A DNA stretch of 63,986 nt, counting the filler, from Stramenopiles sp. TOSAG23-2 (taxonomy: Eukaryota), in assembly GCA_900128395.1 (NCBI GenBank). It is 3 parts of 3 records of this genome, joined end to end, with 100 filler letters (N's around TTAATTAATTAA, not from the genome) between each part and the next. Parts side by side here need not be neighbours in the genome. Positions count along the whole stretch, not along the records: positions 21,707 to 43,299 come from LT649536.1; positions 43,400 to 63,986 come from LT649555.1; 1 more part is not named here. One strand, 5' to 3'. The position numbers and the translations under genes were made by a program. The notes beneath the pieces are model-generated. The model saw only the letters and a program-made list of their open reading frames with translations. It did no database searches and was not told where the DNA came from. How positions within the stretch are numbered: position 1 is the first letter of the stretch; each line of letters opens with the position of its first letter. Shown one piece after another: positions 41,001 through 51,439 of the stretch.

Positions 41001-41583
41001 CCTAGAATTTGCAGATAGAAGATATTCCACTATTACTCGTAATGTAGATAATAAAGATTTGCAATTACTATTGCAAGACGATGGTGAATTTTTAAGAAAC
41101 TTAATTATAATATGCGGGATTAAGATGTCAATAAAAGAGGAAGAAACGCTTACTGGTAGAGATTCAAGCAGGGTTGAATTTAAAGGTTTCGGCTCGAATC
41201 TTTATAAAGCATTAAGCTTAATTGAAAAATATGTTAAAACAGGAGAAAGACCAGAGTTTTTTGAAATGAAATATACTATAAAAAAGAACAAATTAAGTCA
41301 AGTTTTAGGCGTTCCAGGCTTAAAGAATATTGGCAACAACGCACAAAGTACAATCCCAGGACATTTGAAACATTTGAAAATGGTAGAGAGAAATAGTCTT
41401 GCGTTGTTTAAAAGCTTATCAAAGCGTCGTTATGGCGTTGTTGATTTAACAATTGTTGGAACGAAAGAGGAAATTAGTAAAGCAAGACAATTATTAGACC
41501 CGGATCAAGTTGCATTGTTTGAAATTCAAGAAGAATGGCTTGAACGTGAAAAAATGGGGGTGCAGGCAGCATCATATTCTTAA
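38011..41583 (+). CDS. Ribosomal bS18 domain fused to a multi-KH-domain array, with a predicted mitochondrial targeting peptide
   Basis: DVETLYKFLHPSGKIMPRYQTKLRAKHQRKLAKAVKAARQMGLIP (bS18); KH motifs IIGKKGANLRR, ISGKGQKNLR, IIGGGGKNIRRL plus degenerate copies; MLRRY... basic, acid-free N-terminus. Confidence 0.88.
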   Translation: MLRRYIINNYGVAPPQKVKTVLKHFASVHFSSTTTTGGDDGDGEDNNNNNNNSDSEDNNNINDDDDVGTTIDTTQESVTGVARRGFEPLNTLKILKTASKAVANKHKDKQDAILRYRMNIKDEDLGDIRRMFEQRRLLRDVQKSNELGDEEMMDVDDEQPEWVIEDENYNYPPTGFSPTDVETLYKFLHPSGKIMPRYQTKLRAKHQRKLAKAVKAARQMGLIPTTYALPKHLQEKFVPEALYARAQTMTKREKTDIRNKKKKERKKLRSLENRKIILNENELPSVLVSGGPYLFHNSMEGIGTYVERVKDGEDYEISLRGSNDNIERILEKVEHRKQNLITETLEFPKELAIPIIGKKGANLRRFGQDHGVYLKLKSDTSGEGNFDNLKVEMIGLQEEVEFASEAMKIFVKDPSIVRPFRWRYEYLLHNHFSSEIGKINAMCSEFKGHVVFKDGTVLCYVDKMNPFSKKKSKDTMAKAIRTFASEKLIRLPINSSAVPDWLQPLFGDTNGNKNAFLLKKYLMQNYNVTLYDSNEDDDDEDGRYWVVGLDDNDTRQFQSDFLRLIGNSFVIDNSVLPRVLGQVKKIQDTTNTFIQFLYKDSTKKENVCLIIGSDDNVNNAKDLIEKISSRDSFEKEAGVQQTMLKIREDMKYDWSIANEFINCSVQSGNSDDEVAVFYDTDESLQRLEDYIQKRNLHVDGSNDVEFVEDEIYLPSIIVPQISGKGQKNLRCLRFFTGANISLSDAGLKFQGPKEQVEEAVRLTRSKIEAISQQATDKPTDVYEFPVAAVPVFMQKDKRNAMNEFTRISAETGTLLQFKQEGLDLRKKTLLIFGTPAQCKVAKQRCVDVVDSINIESVTVQLNKYTSDGVDTDTITDGVFDNLHNFQVRSNAALIVRSDTVEIHGDERYIDKGVAVLGEIIDTFKDKETQMITIPENRISEIIGGGGKNIRRLKKISGCSGIQIHDERTVGVEEGFKQVEFTGKRYQTEIAIDQLFQDLEFADRRYSTITRNVDNKDLQLLLQDDGEFLRNLIIICGIKMSIKEEETLTGRDSSRVEFKGFGSNLYKALSLIEKYVKTGERPEFFEMKYTIKKNKLSQVLGVPGLKNIGNNAQSTIPGHLKHLKMVERNSLALFKSLSKRRYGVVDLTIVGTKEEISKARQLLDPDQVALFEIQEEWLEREKMGVQAASYS

Positions 41584-41944
41584 AGAAGCAACGTCGTAAA
41601 AACCTTTTTTTATAAAACTATATTTTCTTCTTAAAATGCAGATAATATTTAGTATTTTATAAGTTTCTATTTTCATAAAAACGGGGATATTTTTCAACGT
41701 TTCTCCCATGCTTAGAGACTACAAAAGAAATAGGTTTTGGAGCAAATACATGCAATAGCACTATATACTATTATTATCTTCTTTTTAAATAATATAATAA
41801 TTTCAATAATAATTGAATTGATAAATAATATATATATATCAATTAATAACTAAGAAATATTATAATTAGATTAGAGAAATGAATATGTTGAAGAGAATAT
41901 ATATATATATATGAAGAGAGAGACTATATATATATATATATATC

Positions 41945-42972
41945 ATGTCGTCAATGGTAACGAATCCGCCACATGCGAAACGACAACGTACGTTGTTACA
42001 ACCGGCAACCATCGAAGCGTTACAAGAAGAACGTGCGGAACCTATTGAAATTGGTATATTAGTTTTACCAGCTGGATTTGAGTCTGCCTGCGGGATAATG
42101 ACAAAAATACTTCTACATTTAGATATTCGATCATTATGTAATGTTAAACGATCTTCTTTAATACAACAATGTAGAAAAGCATTTGGATGTGATGATTTTG
42201 AACGTGTACGTGATGAAGCCTTAAGTATTGATTATAAAGGTAGAAGAAGTATAAATGAGATGAGACTTTCACATCCAGCGAGAAGACTTTATTTATTAAT
42301 TGAAAGATATCAAAGAGAGTTTCCACGTGGTACTTATCACAGAGGTCGAATACCAACACCTATCGTATGTGCATGTCAACACGGACGTACGAATGATGTA
42401 GAATTATTTATGAATCTTCATACTTATCACAAGTATATTACTAATTGTGATGTGAATGGCTACAGAGATGATATGACATTGAAAGATATGGTGAGTCAAG
42501 TCGGTAAAACTAGTGAAGGTTATGATCGTACACCTTTTACCGAGATGATATGACATTGAAAGATATGGTGAGTCAAGTCGGTAAAGATAGTTATGGTGGT
42601 GAATGGACACCTTTAATGATAGCTGCATTGAAAGAACATTTCCAAGTAGTTAAATATTTAATTGAACAAGGTGAAGCTGATCCTAATGCAACTAGTTATT
42701 ATGGAATGAATGCATTACATTATGCAGCAGGTTGGAACAGAACGTATACTAATTTGATTCAGCTCTTGTTGAATAATATGTCTCTTGATAGTATTAACCA
42801 AGAAAACAACGTTGGAGAAACTCCGTTAGACTATTGTTATGGTGAGAATGATAGTCCAAATCGCCAAGAAATCATTGCACTTTTACGTTCAAAAGGTGGA
42901 ATTGCAAATGATTATGATGAAAATGGTAATGAAATAGATTCAGAAGATGAAGATGATTACGAAGATTACTAA
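41945..42972 (+). pseudogene. F-box-like + ankyrin-repeat gene split by a 77-bp internal duplication (pseudogene, or rescued by splicing)
   Basis: KILLHLDIRSLCNV (F-box-like); TPIVCACQHG, TPLMIAALKEHFQVVKYLIEQGEADPN, NALHYAA, GETPLD; GAGATGATATGACATTGAAAGATATGGTGAGTCAAGTCGGTAAA at 42465 and 42542. Confidence 0.75.
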
Positions 42973-43234
42973 AAATTCAAAGAGAGAGAGAGAGAGAGAA
43001 GTCACATCTTGCATGTTTAATTATTGAATATATAATAATATAAGATTTAACACCAAGCATCTCTAGATATATCTATACACACCCACCCTCTTTCACTTGT
43101 TGTTGCGCATTTACAACCTCTCTTCATTCATCTCTCCTCTTATAAATCCTCTTTTTTCACCTTTTTTAATTCATTTTTGATTCGAACTAAGAAAATAGAA
43201 ATATTAATAAATAGAAATAGAAATAGAAATAGAA

Positions 43235-43267
<33 letters not shown>

Positions 43268-43299
43268 CAACATGGCATCCATTACTGCGACGAATCCTA

Positions 43300-43399
43300 N
43301 NNNNNNNNNNNNNNNNNNNNNNNNNNNNNNNNNNNNNNNNNNNTTAATTAATTAANNNNNNNNNNNNNNNNNNNNNNNNNNNNNNNNNNNNNNNNNNNN
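43300..43399. other. Artificial scaffold spacer (N44 + TTAATTAATTAA + N44)
   Basis: Identical to 21607-21706. Confidence 0.98.
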
Positions 43400-44064
43400 G
43401 TGATTCACGGCAAGAACCAAGAATTGGAATGCAGGAGATTTTCGCAACTTTTGTATTATAGCCAAAAACCATATATCAATATCTAATAATTTATGTTATA
43501 AGCATCAAATTGCGAAAATGGACTGATAAAATTAATGACTGTAGCCAATGGTATGTACCTAGTAAATAAATATAATATAGTAATACCATTACAATGCTAT
43601 GTAGTGTATATACCACTATAGCAGGTGAATACGATGGACCACCTTTTTGCACCCCTATAGTAGGTATACCAGATAGACTATAAATAAAGGAACGTAAATT
43701 TAAGGGGAAAATGAAAATAATTATTTATACATCTTACCCATACTGTGTTAGTGCATTTTGTATTAAAAATATTAAAATTCTACCTAGCTTATTTGATAGT
43801 CAAAATTGCTCGAAATACCACTAGATAGACTAGAATACCACAAGAAAAAAATGAATTTGAAAAAATGGTTGTTGATATTATTATAAGCCAATAGCACATA
43901 ATACATAGCACCATATTTATATATTTAAAACAATAAATTGAAATAATATATATTGAAGGAAGTTTATAGAAGTAAAATTTATTTGAGAAACAAGTAATAT
44001 TATTATCGATATATCAAGATAATTTGAATAGGAGTAATAGTAGTAATAATAATAATATTGAAAT

Positions 44065-47000
44065 ATGTCAAGTATTGCTGCAACAGCAAATGCGACGTCT
44101 TCGAATAATAATAATAATAATGCAACACTACCTTCTTCTCCAATAGCGGTTCAAAAATCAGCTTCGGATACGCGAGACTATCGATATTTAAAGTTAAAGA
44201 ATGACTTATCAGTTTTATTGATTTCTGATCCTACGACGGACAAAGCTGGTGCTGCAATGTCTGTTGCAGTTGGTTATTTTTGTGACCCCGATGACATTGC
44301 TGGTGTCGCTCATTTTTGTGAACATATGTTATTTTTAGGAACGACAAAATATCCAGATGAAAATTCATATAGTGCATTTTTAAATGAAAATGGTGGTTAC
44401 AGCAATGCTTATACGAGCAAGGAGAGTACAAATTATTATTTTCAGTTAACGCATCCTCATTTAGAAAAAGCTCTTGACCGATTTGCGCAATTTTTCATCT
44501 CGCCATTGTTTACCGACACTGCAACTGGGAGAGAGTTAGAAGCGGTAAATAGCGAACATGAAAAGAATATACAAAATGATAGTTGGCGTGCACATCAATT
44601 ATGGCATACAACATCTAATCCACTTCATCCTTGTGCAAAATTTGGTACGGGAAGCAAAGCGACGTTGGATTTGCCAGAAACTAGAGATACGCTTTTGAAT
44701 TTCCATAAGACGTATTACAGCTCAAATATTATGAATTTATGTGTATATGGTAGTGAAGATTTAGATGTGTTGCAACGATGGGTGGATGATAAATTTTCAA
44801 GTATTATAAATAAAAATGTTTCCGTTCCTAAATATTTGGACGTACCACCTCAAACAGACGAACAATTGGGTACACAATTTTTCGTCGTACCAATCAAAGA
44901 TTTACGAAGCGTAACTATTGTATGGAATTTCCCACCTTTAAAAACAAAATATCCAAAAAAAGCAAATGGTTACATCTCTCATTTATTAGGTGATGAAGGC
45001 CCTGGTTCTATTTTAGCGGCATTGAAGGCAAAGGGATGGGCAAATGAACTGATGGCAGGAATAATGGCAAGTACAAATAGTTATGCGCAAATGAATGTTA
45101 AAATAAATTTAACAAACGATGGAATGAATGAAATTTATAACGTTGTTGATATGGTATATCAATACATTCATATGATGCGTTTAGCAAAGCCACAAGAATG
45201 GATATGGAAAGAAATGAAAGATATTCATGAGATGAATTTTCGATTTAAACAAAAAAGCGAAGTTGATAATTATGTTTCCTCAATAGCCGCTTCAATGGAA
45301 TCTGTTAAGCCTGAACATATTTTATGCCATCATTACTTAGCAGAAGAGTACGATCCTAATTTAATAGCTGAATTGATGGATTTGTTAAATCCAAAAAATT
45401 GTCGCATTACGTATACAGGTTTGAAATATGCAGACGTTTGCAACCAAGCGGAAAAGTGGTATGGTACAAAGTATAAGGAAGAGAAGATTTCAGAAGAAAA
45501 TTTGTTGAAATGGTCAACTGTACCAGCATCTATTGATCCGTCCTTGCATTTACCACCAAAAAACGTTTTTATTGCAACCGATTTTGCTTTGAGGAGAGAA
45601 TCTACTAAAGGTGGGGATGATAATAATGGAAGTATATGGAGAGAAGTTACGGAAAGCGTGACAGCAGATCCTGAACATCGAGGGCAACCACCACCAGCAG
45701 TTGCTTTAATACGGCATGATGAGCAAGCGGAGGTATGGTTTAAACAAGATGATTTTTTTAAGCAACCAAAAGTAAATTTTATTATCTCCTTGCATACGCC
45801 ATTAGCCTATGCTACTGCGAAAAGTTGCGTATTAACTGATATGACGTGTGCCTTGGTAAAAGATGCTTTAAATGAATATGCATATAGTGCTGAAGTTGCT
45901 GGATTATCATACCAGGTATACAATACAGTCCAAGGTTTGCAACTATATTTCCTAGGTTACAATGATAAAATGTATTTACTTGCTGGAAAAGTTGCAGAGA
46001 CATTGGCAAATTTAAAAATTGATGCAAAACGTTTTGATATTATTCGTGATAAAGTACGTTTAGATAAAAAGAATTTTGAAATGGAACAACCTTATAATTG
46101 GAGTTTGTACAATACAACGCATTCATTACGGACACCAAGATGGCATAATAGTGATAAAGTTAAGATGTTAGATACGATTGAAATAGATGAATTGACAGAT
46201 TTTGTTAAAATGTTATTAAATCGTTTATTTATACAGGCAGTTGTGCATGGAAACGTTACCGAAGAAGAGGCATTAGCACTTGTAACGGCGTTCGAGAAAC
46301 CTTTAAATGCTGATGTATTAATGCCAGCTGAGAGATTTTTATTACAACGCATTATTAAATTACCAAGCGATGGATCTTCTTTTATTTATTCTGAAGCTGC
46401 GCGTGATCCAGATAACGTAAATTCAGCAATTGAGGTATATTTCCAAATTGGCCAACGTACACATGAAGCAGATGCACGATTAGGATTATTAGCATCTATT
46501 ATGAGTGAGCCGTGCTTTGATCATTTAAGAACAAAGGAACAATTGGGTTACATTGTCTTTAGTGGTAAAATCACGGATGATGGTATTCTAGGATTGCGTA
46601 TTATTGTACAGTCAGCGAAATGTAATCCACAAGGTTTAGATGACCATATTGAAACATTTCTTACGGCATTTCGTACGAAACTAGGTAAAATGAGTGATGA
46701 AGATTTTAAAAAACAACGTGATAGTTTAATCATAAGTTATTTAAAGAAACCAAAATCAATGATAGATGAAACTTTTAAATACGTAAATGAGTTAGAATCC
46801 AAAACATATGTTTTTGATCGAAAATGGAAAGTTGCTGCAGAGTTAGATCGTTTATCATTACATGATATTGTTTCATTTTTTGATTATTACATATCCAAAG
46901 GTGCAGTTGAGCGCAAAAAAATAAGTATACGAATTGTAGGCAAAGTAGTTGCAAAAGAATCTGATGCTAAAGGTGATGATAAGACAAATGATAGTAATAA

Positions 47001-47253
47001 TAAGAAGGAAGAAGAAGGTAATAATGATGGTAATAATAAGAGTGGGCAAGAAACTACAAGTAGTAGTACTAGTTCCACAGCTGCTACAACGACCGTCGTT
47101 GAGGAAGCAACGTTATCATATGGCACATTAACTGAAAATGGTGAAACTATTATTAAAGATTTAGATCAATTTAAGAGATCTATGTGTTTGTATCCTGTAG
47201 AAGCTAGTTATTCAATTCAAAATGCTAATGCGAAGAATATGTTACCGAATTAA
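44065..47253 (+). CDS. IDE: Insulin-degrading enzyme / insulysin (peptidase M16A)
   Basis: AHFCEHMLFLGT (HxxEH), SNAYT, ELEAVNSEHEKN, KFGTG, FDHLRTKEQLGYIVFSG. Confidence 0.96.
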   Translation: MSSIAATANATSSNNNNNNATLPSSPIAVQKSASDTRDYRYLKLKNDLSVLLISDPTTDKAGAAMSVAVGYFCDPDDIAGVAHFCEHMLFLGTTKYPDENSYSAFLNENGGYSNAYTSKESTNYYFQLTHPHLEKALDRFAQFFISPLFTDTATGRELEAVNSEHEKNIQNDSWRAHQLWHTTSNPLHPCAKFGTGSKATLDLPETRDTLLNFHKTYYSSNIMNLCVYGSEDLDVLQRWVDDKFSSIINKNVSVPKYLDVPPQTDEQLGTQFFVVPIKDLRSVTIVWNFPPLKTKYPKKANGYISHLLGDEGPGSILAALKAKGWANELMAGIMASTNSYAQMNVKINLTNDGMNEIYNVVDMVYQYIHMMRLAKPQEWIWKEMKDIHEMNFRFKQKSEVDNYVSSIAASMESVKPEHILCHHYLAEEYDPNLIAELMDLLNPKNCRITYTGLKYADVCNQAEKWYGTKYKEEKISEENLLKWSTVPASIDPSLHLPPKNVFIATDFALRRESTKGGDDNNGSIWREVTESVTADPEHRGQPPPAVALIRHDEQAEVWFKQDDFFKQPKVNFIISLHTPLAYATAKSCVLTDMTCALVKDALNEYAYSAEVAGLSYQVYNTVQGLQLYFLGYNDKMYLLAGKVAETLANLKIDAKRFDIIRDKVRLDKKNFEMEQPYNWSLYNTTHSLRTPRWHNSDKVKMLDTIEIDELTDFVKMLLNRLFIQAVVHGNVTEEEALALVTAFEKPLNADVLMPAERFLLQRIIKLPSDGSSFIYSEAARDPDNVNSAIEVYFQIGQRTHEADARLGLLASIMSEPCFDHLRTKEQLGYIVFSGKITDDGILGLRIIVQSAKCNPQGLDDHIETFLTAFRTKLGKMSDEDFKKQRDSLIISYLKKPKSMIDETFKYVNELESKTYVFDRKWKVAAELDRLSLHDIVSFFDYYISKGAVERKKISIRIVGKVVAKESDAKGDDKTNDSNNKKEEEGNNDGNNKSGQETTSSSTSSTAATTTVVEEATLSYGTLTENGETIIKDLDQFKRSMCLYPVEASYSIQNANAKNMLPN

Positions 47254-47424
47254 TTTTTTTTTTTTACGTTTAAATGATTATGTTTAAAATAAAATACACA
47301 ACTTATCTCTTACACGAAAATATTAAAAAGTTTTTATTTAATGATAACACTCGTACGAGCTCGTACTAATGATATGATACTCTCGTTTTTTTATAATTTT
47401 TTCAACAAAAAAACAAAATATTTT

Positions 47425-48387
47425 TTACGAAGACAATTCTAACAATTGATACAATTTTGCTAATGCTTTTTCCTTTTCTTTCATCATTTCATTATCCTGT
47501 TTGTTTTTTTGTCCTTTTTTCCCATCATTTACATTGTTGTTACTAGAGTCTGTCGGCAACGACAAATAATAAATCTCACTTTCACTAAATTGTCCAATTT
47601 CCATGAGACTATTTGCTAATATTTTTTTACAATTCAATGTATCGATGTGATTTTCTCCTAATTTTATAACATATGAATTATATGCCTGCTTAAACAATGT
47701 ATACGCTTCGTTCCATTTCTCTGCTTTCCCATAAACTTGACCTAGCCATGTATAAGCTTCTGCAGCTTTTGGAGATCCAATACCAAATCTCATTTCTCGA
47801 ACTTTTATTAATTTTTCATATGCATTAGCTGCTAATACCCAATCACTTTGTGCAATTGCAGCATTTGCTTTTAAATTTAAACAACGATCATGAGCATCTT
47901 CGTGTTTCCCATCGGCAAACAATTCAAATGAATTTTCTGTCATTAATATTAAGCTACGCAAATCTTTATTTTCATTATTATATTTATACAAACATTCAAA
48001 TAAAATCAAGAAGGACTTTGATGTATAATCACTATCCCAGCCATCCTTCCATAATCTTAAGCATAATGCATGTTCTGCAAAAGCCATACTTTCTTCAGTC
48101 CCGATCACTGATAATGCTGCTTCTTCTCTTAATTTTATGCTATAATCATGCATCATACCCGATGAACGTGTTGATGCAGCCAATGCTGGAAATTTTATTT
48201 TCTCTATTTCTTGGTATTTTTTTTTCAGTTCTATTCCAACGAGCCTTTGTTCTAAATGTTCATCCCATTCTTCTGTAAACGTAGTGGCCAATCTATGTTT
48301 CAATCTATCATGATGTACATCAACAAATTTTAATATGACATAATCTAAATGTATAGAATATGTATCTCCAGGCCAATCATCTTCCAT
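47425..48387 (-). CDS. TPR protein (kinesin-light-chain/TPR_12-like repeats)
   Basis: REMRFGIGSPKAAEAYTWLGQVY, KLGENHIDTLNCKKILANSL. Confidence 0.8.
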   Translation of the reverse strand: MEDDWPGDTYSIHLDYVILKFVDVHHDRLKHRLATTFTEEWDEHLEQRLVGIELKKKYQEIEKIKFPALAASTRSSGMMHDYSIKLREEAALSVIGTEESMAFAEHALCLRLWKDGWDSDYTSKSFLILFECLYKYNNENKDLRSLILMTENSFELFADGKHEDAHDRCLNLKANAAIAQSDWVLAANAYEKLIKVREMRFGIGSPKAAEAYTWLGQVYGKAEKWNEAYTLFKQAYNSYVIKLGENHIDTLNCKKILANSLMEIGQFSESEIYYLSLPTDSSNNNVNDGKKGQKNKQDNEMMKEKEKALAKLYQLLELSS

Positions 48388-48844
48388 ACTTTTAACACAG
48401 AAAATATGATATATTTACATATATATATATATATATAAATATATATTAATAATAGTTTTATAAAAATCTAAATTGTAAAATATGTATATACATGTACGTG
48501 TATGTATGTATAAAATCTTAAGTTATATAATAATAAATTGGAGATGTTGTTGAATTATGTATTTCCACATTTAAATATTTACAAAAACATTCCTATTGTC
48601 ATATTTAGGAAAGGTGCATAGATACTTATGTGCACGTGCATCAATGTGTGTAAATCGTGATGAGTGCTTATAATTCACAGTTATTAATACAGTATTTACC
48701 AAGTATATGCACATCATATTGAATTTATGATGTGAGATGTAGAATTCCAAATTAGAGTGATAGGATATTTTATCATAATAGTATACATAAAAGTATACTA
48801 AATGTATTTTGTATTTAACATTTGTACTCTCTTATATTAATATT

Positions 48845-50410
48845 TTACTTCCCCCCACCTCTACGTTTAACAATCCATCTTTCCAATGCAATTACAACAT
48901 GTTTTGCTGTTAAACGACTATTCATATCAATTTGTAATAATTTATTAATAAAAATTTTTGCACTAGGTGATAATTTGATATTTGGATTTTCATTCCAATG
49001 AATATCGCAATTTAATATGCGATTAAACATTTTATCTTCCTCTTGTTCAACAAATGGTGTTTTTCCATGTAAAAATTCATAAATTAAAACACCGAAACTC
49101 CATATGTCGGTGGATTTATTATGTGGTGTGCCGGCAACAATTTCTGGAGATAAATACTCAGGGGTACCACATAAAGTTGTTCGTCGCAATTGATCGGCTG
49201 GTGCTGTTGGTGGTACATGTACTGACCATCCAAAATCAGCTAATTTGATCGTACCACGTTCATCTACTAATAAATTTTCTAATTTTATATCACGATGTAT
49301 TATATGTCTGTCATGACAATATAACAATGCGCGTGCAATATCGATGGCATAACGTACAGTACGATCTTCACTGAAAAACTTTTTTTCGCGTAATAATTTA
49401 TATAGCATTCCATTGGCACAATACTCCAATGTTAAATATGCATGAGTGTCATCAACAAAGAATCCAAACAAACGACATACGTTGGGATGTATTAAGCGTG
49501 ATTGAATTTCAACTTCCCGTCTTAAATGAAATAATGCTAATGGCCCACCTTTAATTATGCTTGATTTAAACAATACTTTTAATGCAACATTTGCATTTGA
49601 TTGAATTTGTTGCTGTTCATTATCGTTATTATTTGTATTATCAGTATTTGTGACAAAAGAAGTATTCGAGGGACGTTGTCGTTGTTTTGCTAAATATACC
49701 ATACCGTATTTTCCTTTACCAAGCGCTCTACCAACAATAAAATCATCTTTCTTCCAACTTTGTTTTGATGTTGATAAAATTGTTGTGGTAGTATTTTTGG
49801 AATGTTGAGAAAGTTGTTTTATATTATTTTGATCACTGTTGCTCTTGTTATCATTATTATTGTTATTATCATTATCGTCTTCATCCTCATCGTCAATATC
49901 CATAGGTTCTGCACATTTCTTATTATCACTAATATAATCTTTTGATGTAGTGTTATCGTTTTCATAACGATCAACACTTGTATCTTTCCTATAATTACGG
50001 CGAATATTTTTATTTGTTGCAGTTTTTTGAAATAAAGATTTAAATAACGACATACTTGTTGTTTTTGGTAAGTTATTATTAACATTATTATTGCTATTAT
50101 TATTACTATTTGAGGCAGTTTCATCTACATCTTGCATTGGATTGCAACTTGCAACACGTAACGGATGTGATGATTTAATTCTGCCACTACCATTGGTTGA
50201 TATTTTACGGGATTTTCTAGATATATTTGAGGAACTTTGTTTACTTTTCTGTTGACTCAGTGTGTTACTATTACTATTTTCTTCGAAATGGTTTTTATTT
50301 TCATCGTTATTCGTATTATCATCAAACAATGGTTTTGCACGCCGAACCATTCGCCGTGGAGAGCCACTGATTCTGCGCTTTCGCTGTTTTATCTTTGGTG
50401 ACAATATCAT
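48845..50410 (-). CDS. AURK: Aurora kinase (first ATG at 50410; the ORF track starts at an upstream GTG)
   Basis: GRALGKGKYGMVYLA, VALKVLFK, LRREVEIQSRL, HRDIKLENLL, ADFGWSVH, RRTTLCGTPEYLSPE. Confidence 0.93.
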   Translation of the reverse strand: MILSPKIKQRKRRISGSPRRMVRRAKPLFDDNTNNDENKNHFEENSNSNTLSQQKSKQSSSNISRKSRKISTNGSGRIKSSHPLRVASCNPMQDVDETASNSNNNSNNNVNNNLPKTTSMSLFKSLFQKTATNKNIRRNYRKDTSVDRYENDNTTSKDYISDNKKCAEPMDIDDEDEDDNDNNNNNDNKSNSDQNNIKQLSQHSKNTTTTILSTSKQSWKKDDFIVGRALGKGKYGMVYLAKQRQRPSNTSFVTNTDNTNNNDNEQQQIQSNANVALKVLFKSSIIKGGPLALFHLRREVEIQSRLIHPNVCRLFGFFVDDTHAYLTLEYCANGMLYKLLREKKFFSEDRTVRYAIDIARALLYCHDRHIIHRDIKLENLLVDERGTIKLADFGWSVHVPPTAPADQLRRTTLCGTPEYLSPEIVAGTPHNKSTDIWSFGVLIYEFLHGKTPFVEQEEDKMFNRILNCDIHWNENPNIKLSPSAKIFINKLLQIDMNSRLTAKHVVIALERWIVKRRGGGK

Positions 50411-50635
50411 ATCGCTCACACTTTTTCTTATTTATATTTTTGAGTTTATATACTTCTTCTTATTTTCGTGTAAACTATATATATAGTCGTCTATTGTTTG
50501 ATATTTATTTTTCTTCTTTGTGAATTGAAAATATATAATAGATGATTAACAGTGTATATATATAATAGTAATATTATTATTATTATTATGAGTAATATTT
50601 TTAATAACGTTCACTCTGGAATGTGCATTTATCTC

Positions 50636-50895
50636 TATTCCTGAAATATCAATTTACATATTTATCAACATAAAAATATCCATAAAAAGGTGCAAAAATG
50701 TTGGATTTTTTACAAAAAATGCTCTGTAGACTTGCAAGCATAAGATTCTATTTAAAATAGTGGAATATTCCTGAAATATCAATTTACATATTTATCAACA
50801 TAAAAATATCCATAAAAAGGTGCAAAAATGTTGGATTTTTTACAAAAAATGCTCTGTAGACTTGCAAGCATAAGATTCTATTTAAAATAGTGGAA
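50636..50895. repeat. Perfect 130-bp intergenic tandem duplication (50636-50765 / 50766-50895)
   Basis: TATTCCTGAAATATCAATTTAC...TTTAAAATAGTGGAA is read twice. Confidence 0.95.
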
Positions 50896-51439
50896 AAAGT
50901 GTCAAAATATGAAAAAAATAACACTATTCATTATGTATGTTGGCGTTCTAGCTGGATCAGAGTATCAGAGTAAAATGAGTACCAGTTACTATTATTGGTA
51001 CTGTACGTGCGTACGATTTAATATTAATACACAGTATTATAATAGATACGAGGAGTTCCAGAGTTCGGTAAACAGCCATAAGGCGGCTGGTAAAACTGAT
51101 TGTTGACCCACGCAGCACGCAGCCATCAGAGATCAGCAGAGACAGCCAGCCCAAAGGCCAGACAACAGCCTTTTTTTTTTAACGAGTACTAGTACCGGGT
51201 ATTATTATATAAAATATAAATACCACCAGGTACAAAATAAATACGATTTGCTCAACTACAACACCTCTTAATAATATAATAAATAGAATGGATGTTAAAG
51301 CTAAATCATTTAATATAATATCCACAGTGGATATACATCATTAGTTAAGAGAAGTTGGACTATTTAAAAAATATTACTGTCATTATTTTGGTCACAAAAA
51401 TTTTTTATACGGACTTGCCTGTATCGTTAGATTACTATT

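Noticed and set aside
43272..43299. ATG start MASITATNP resembling the IDE N-terminus
   Set aside because: Only 9 codons before the gap; similarity is insufficient
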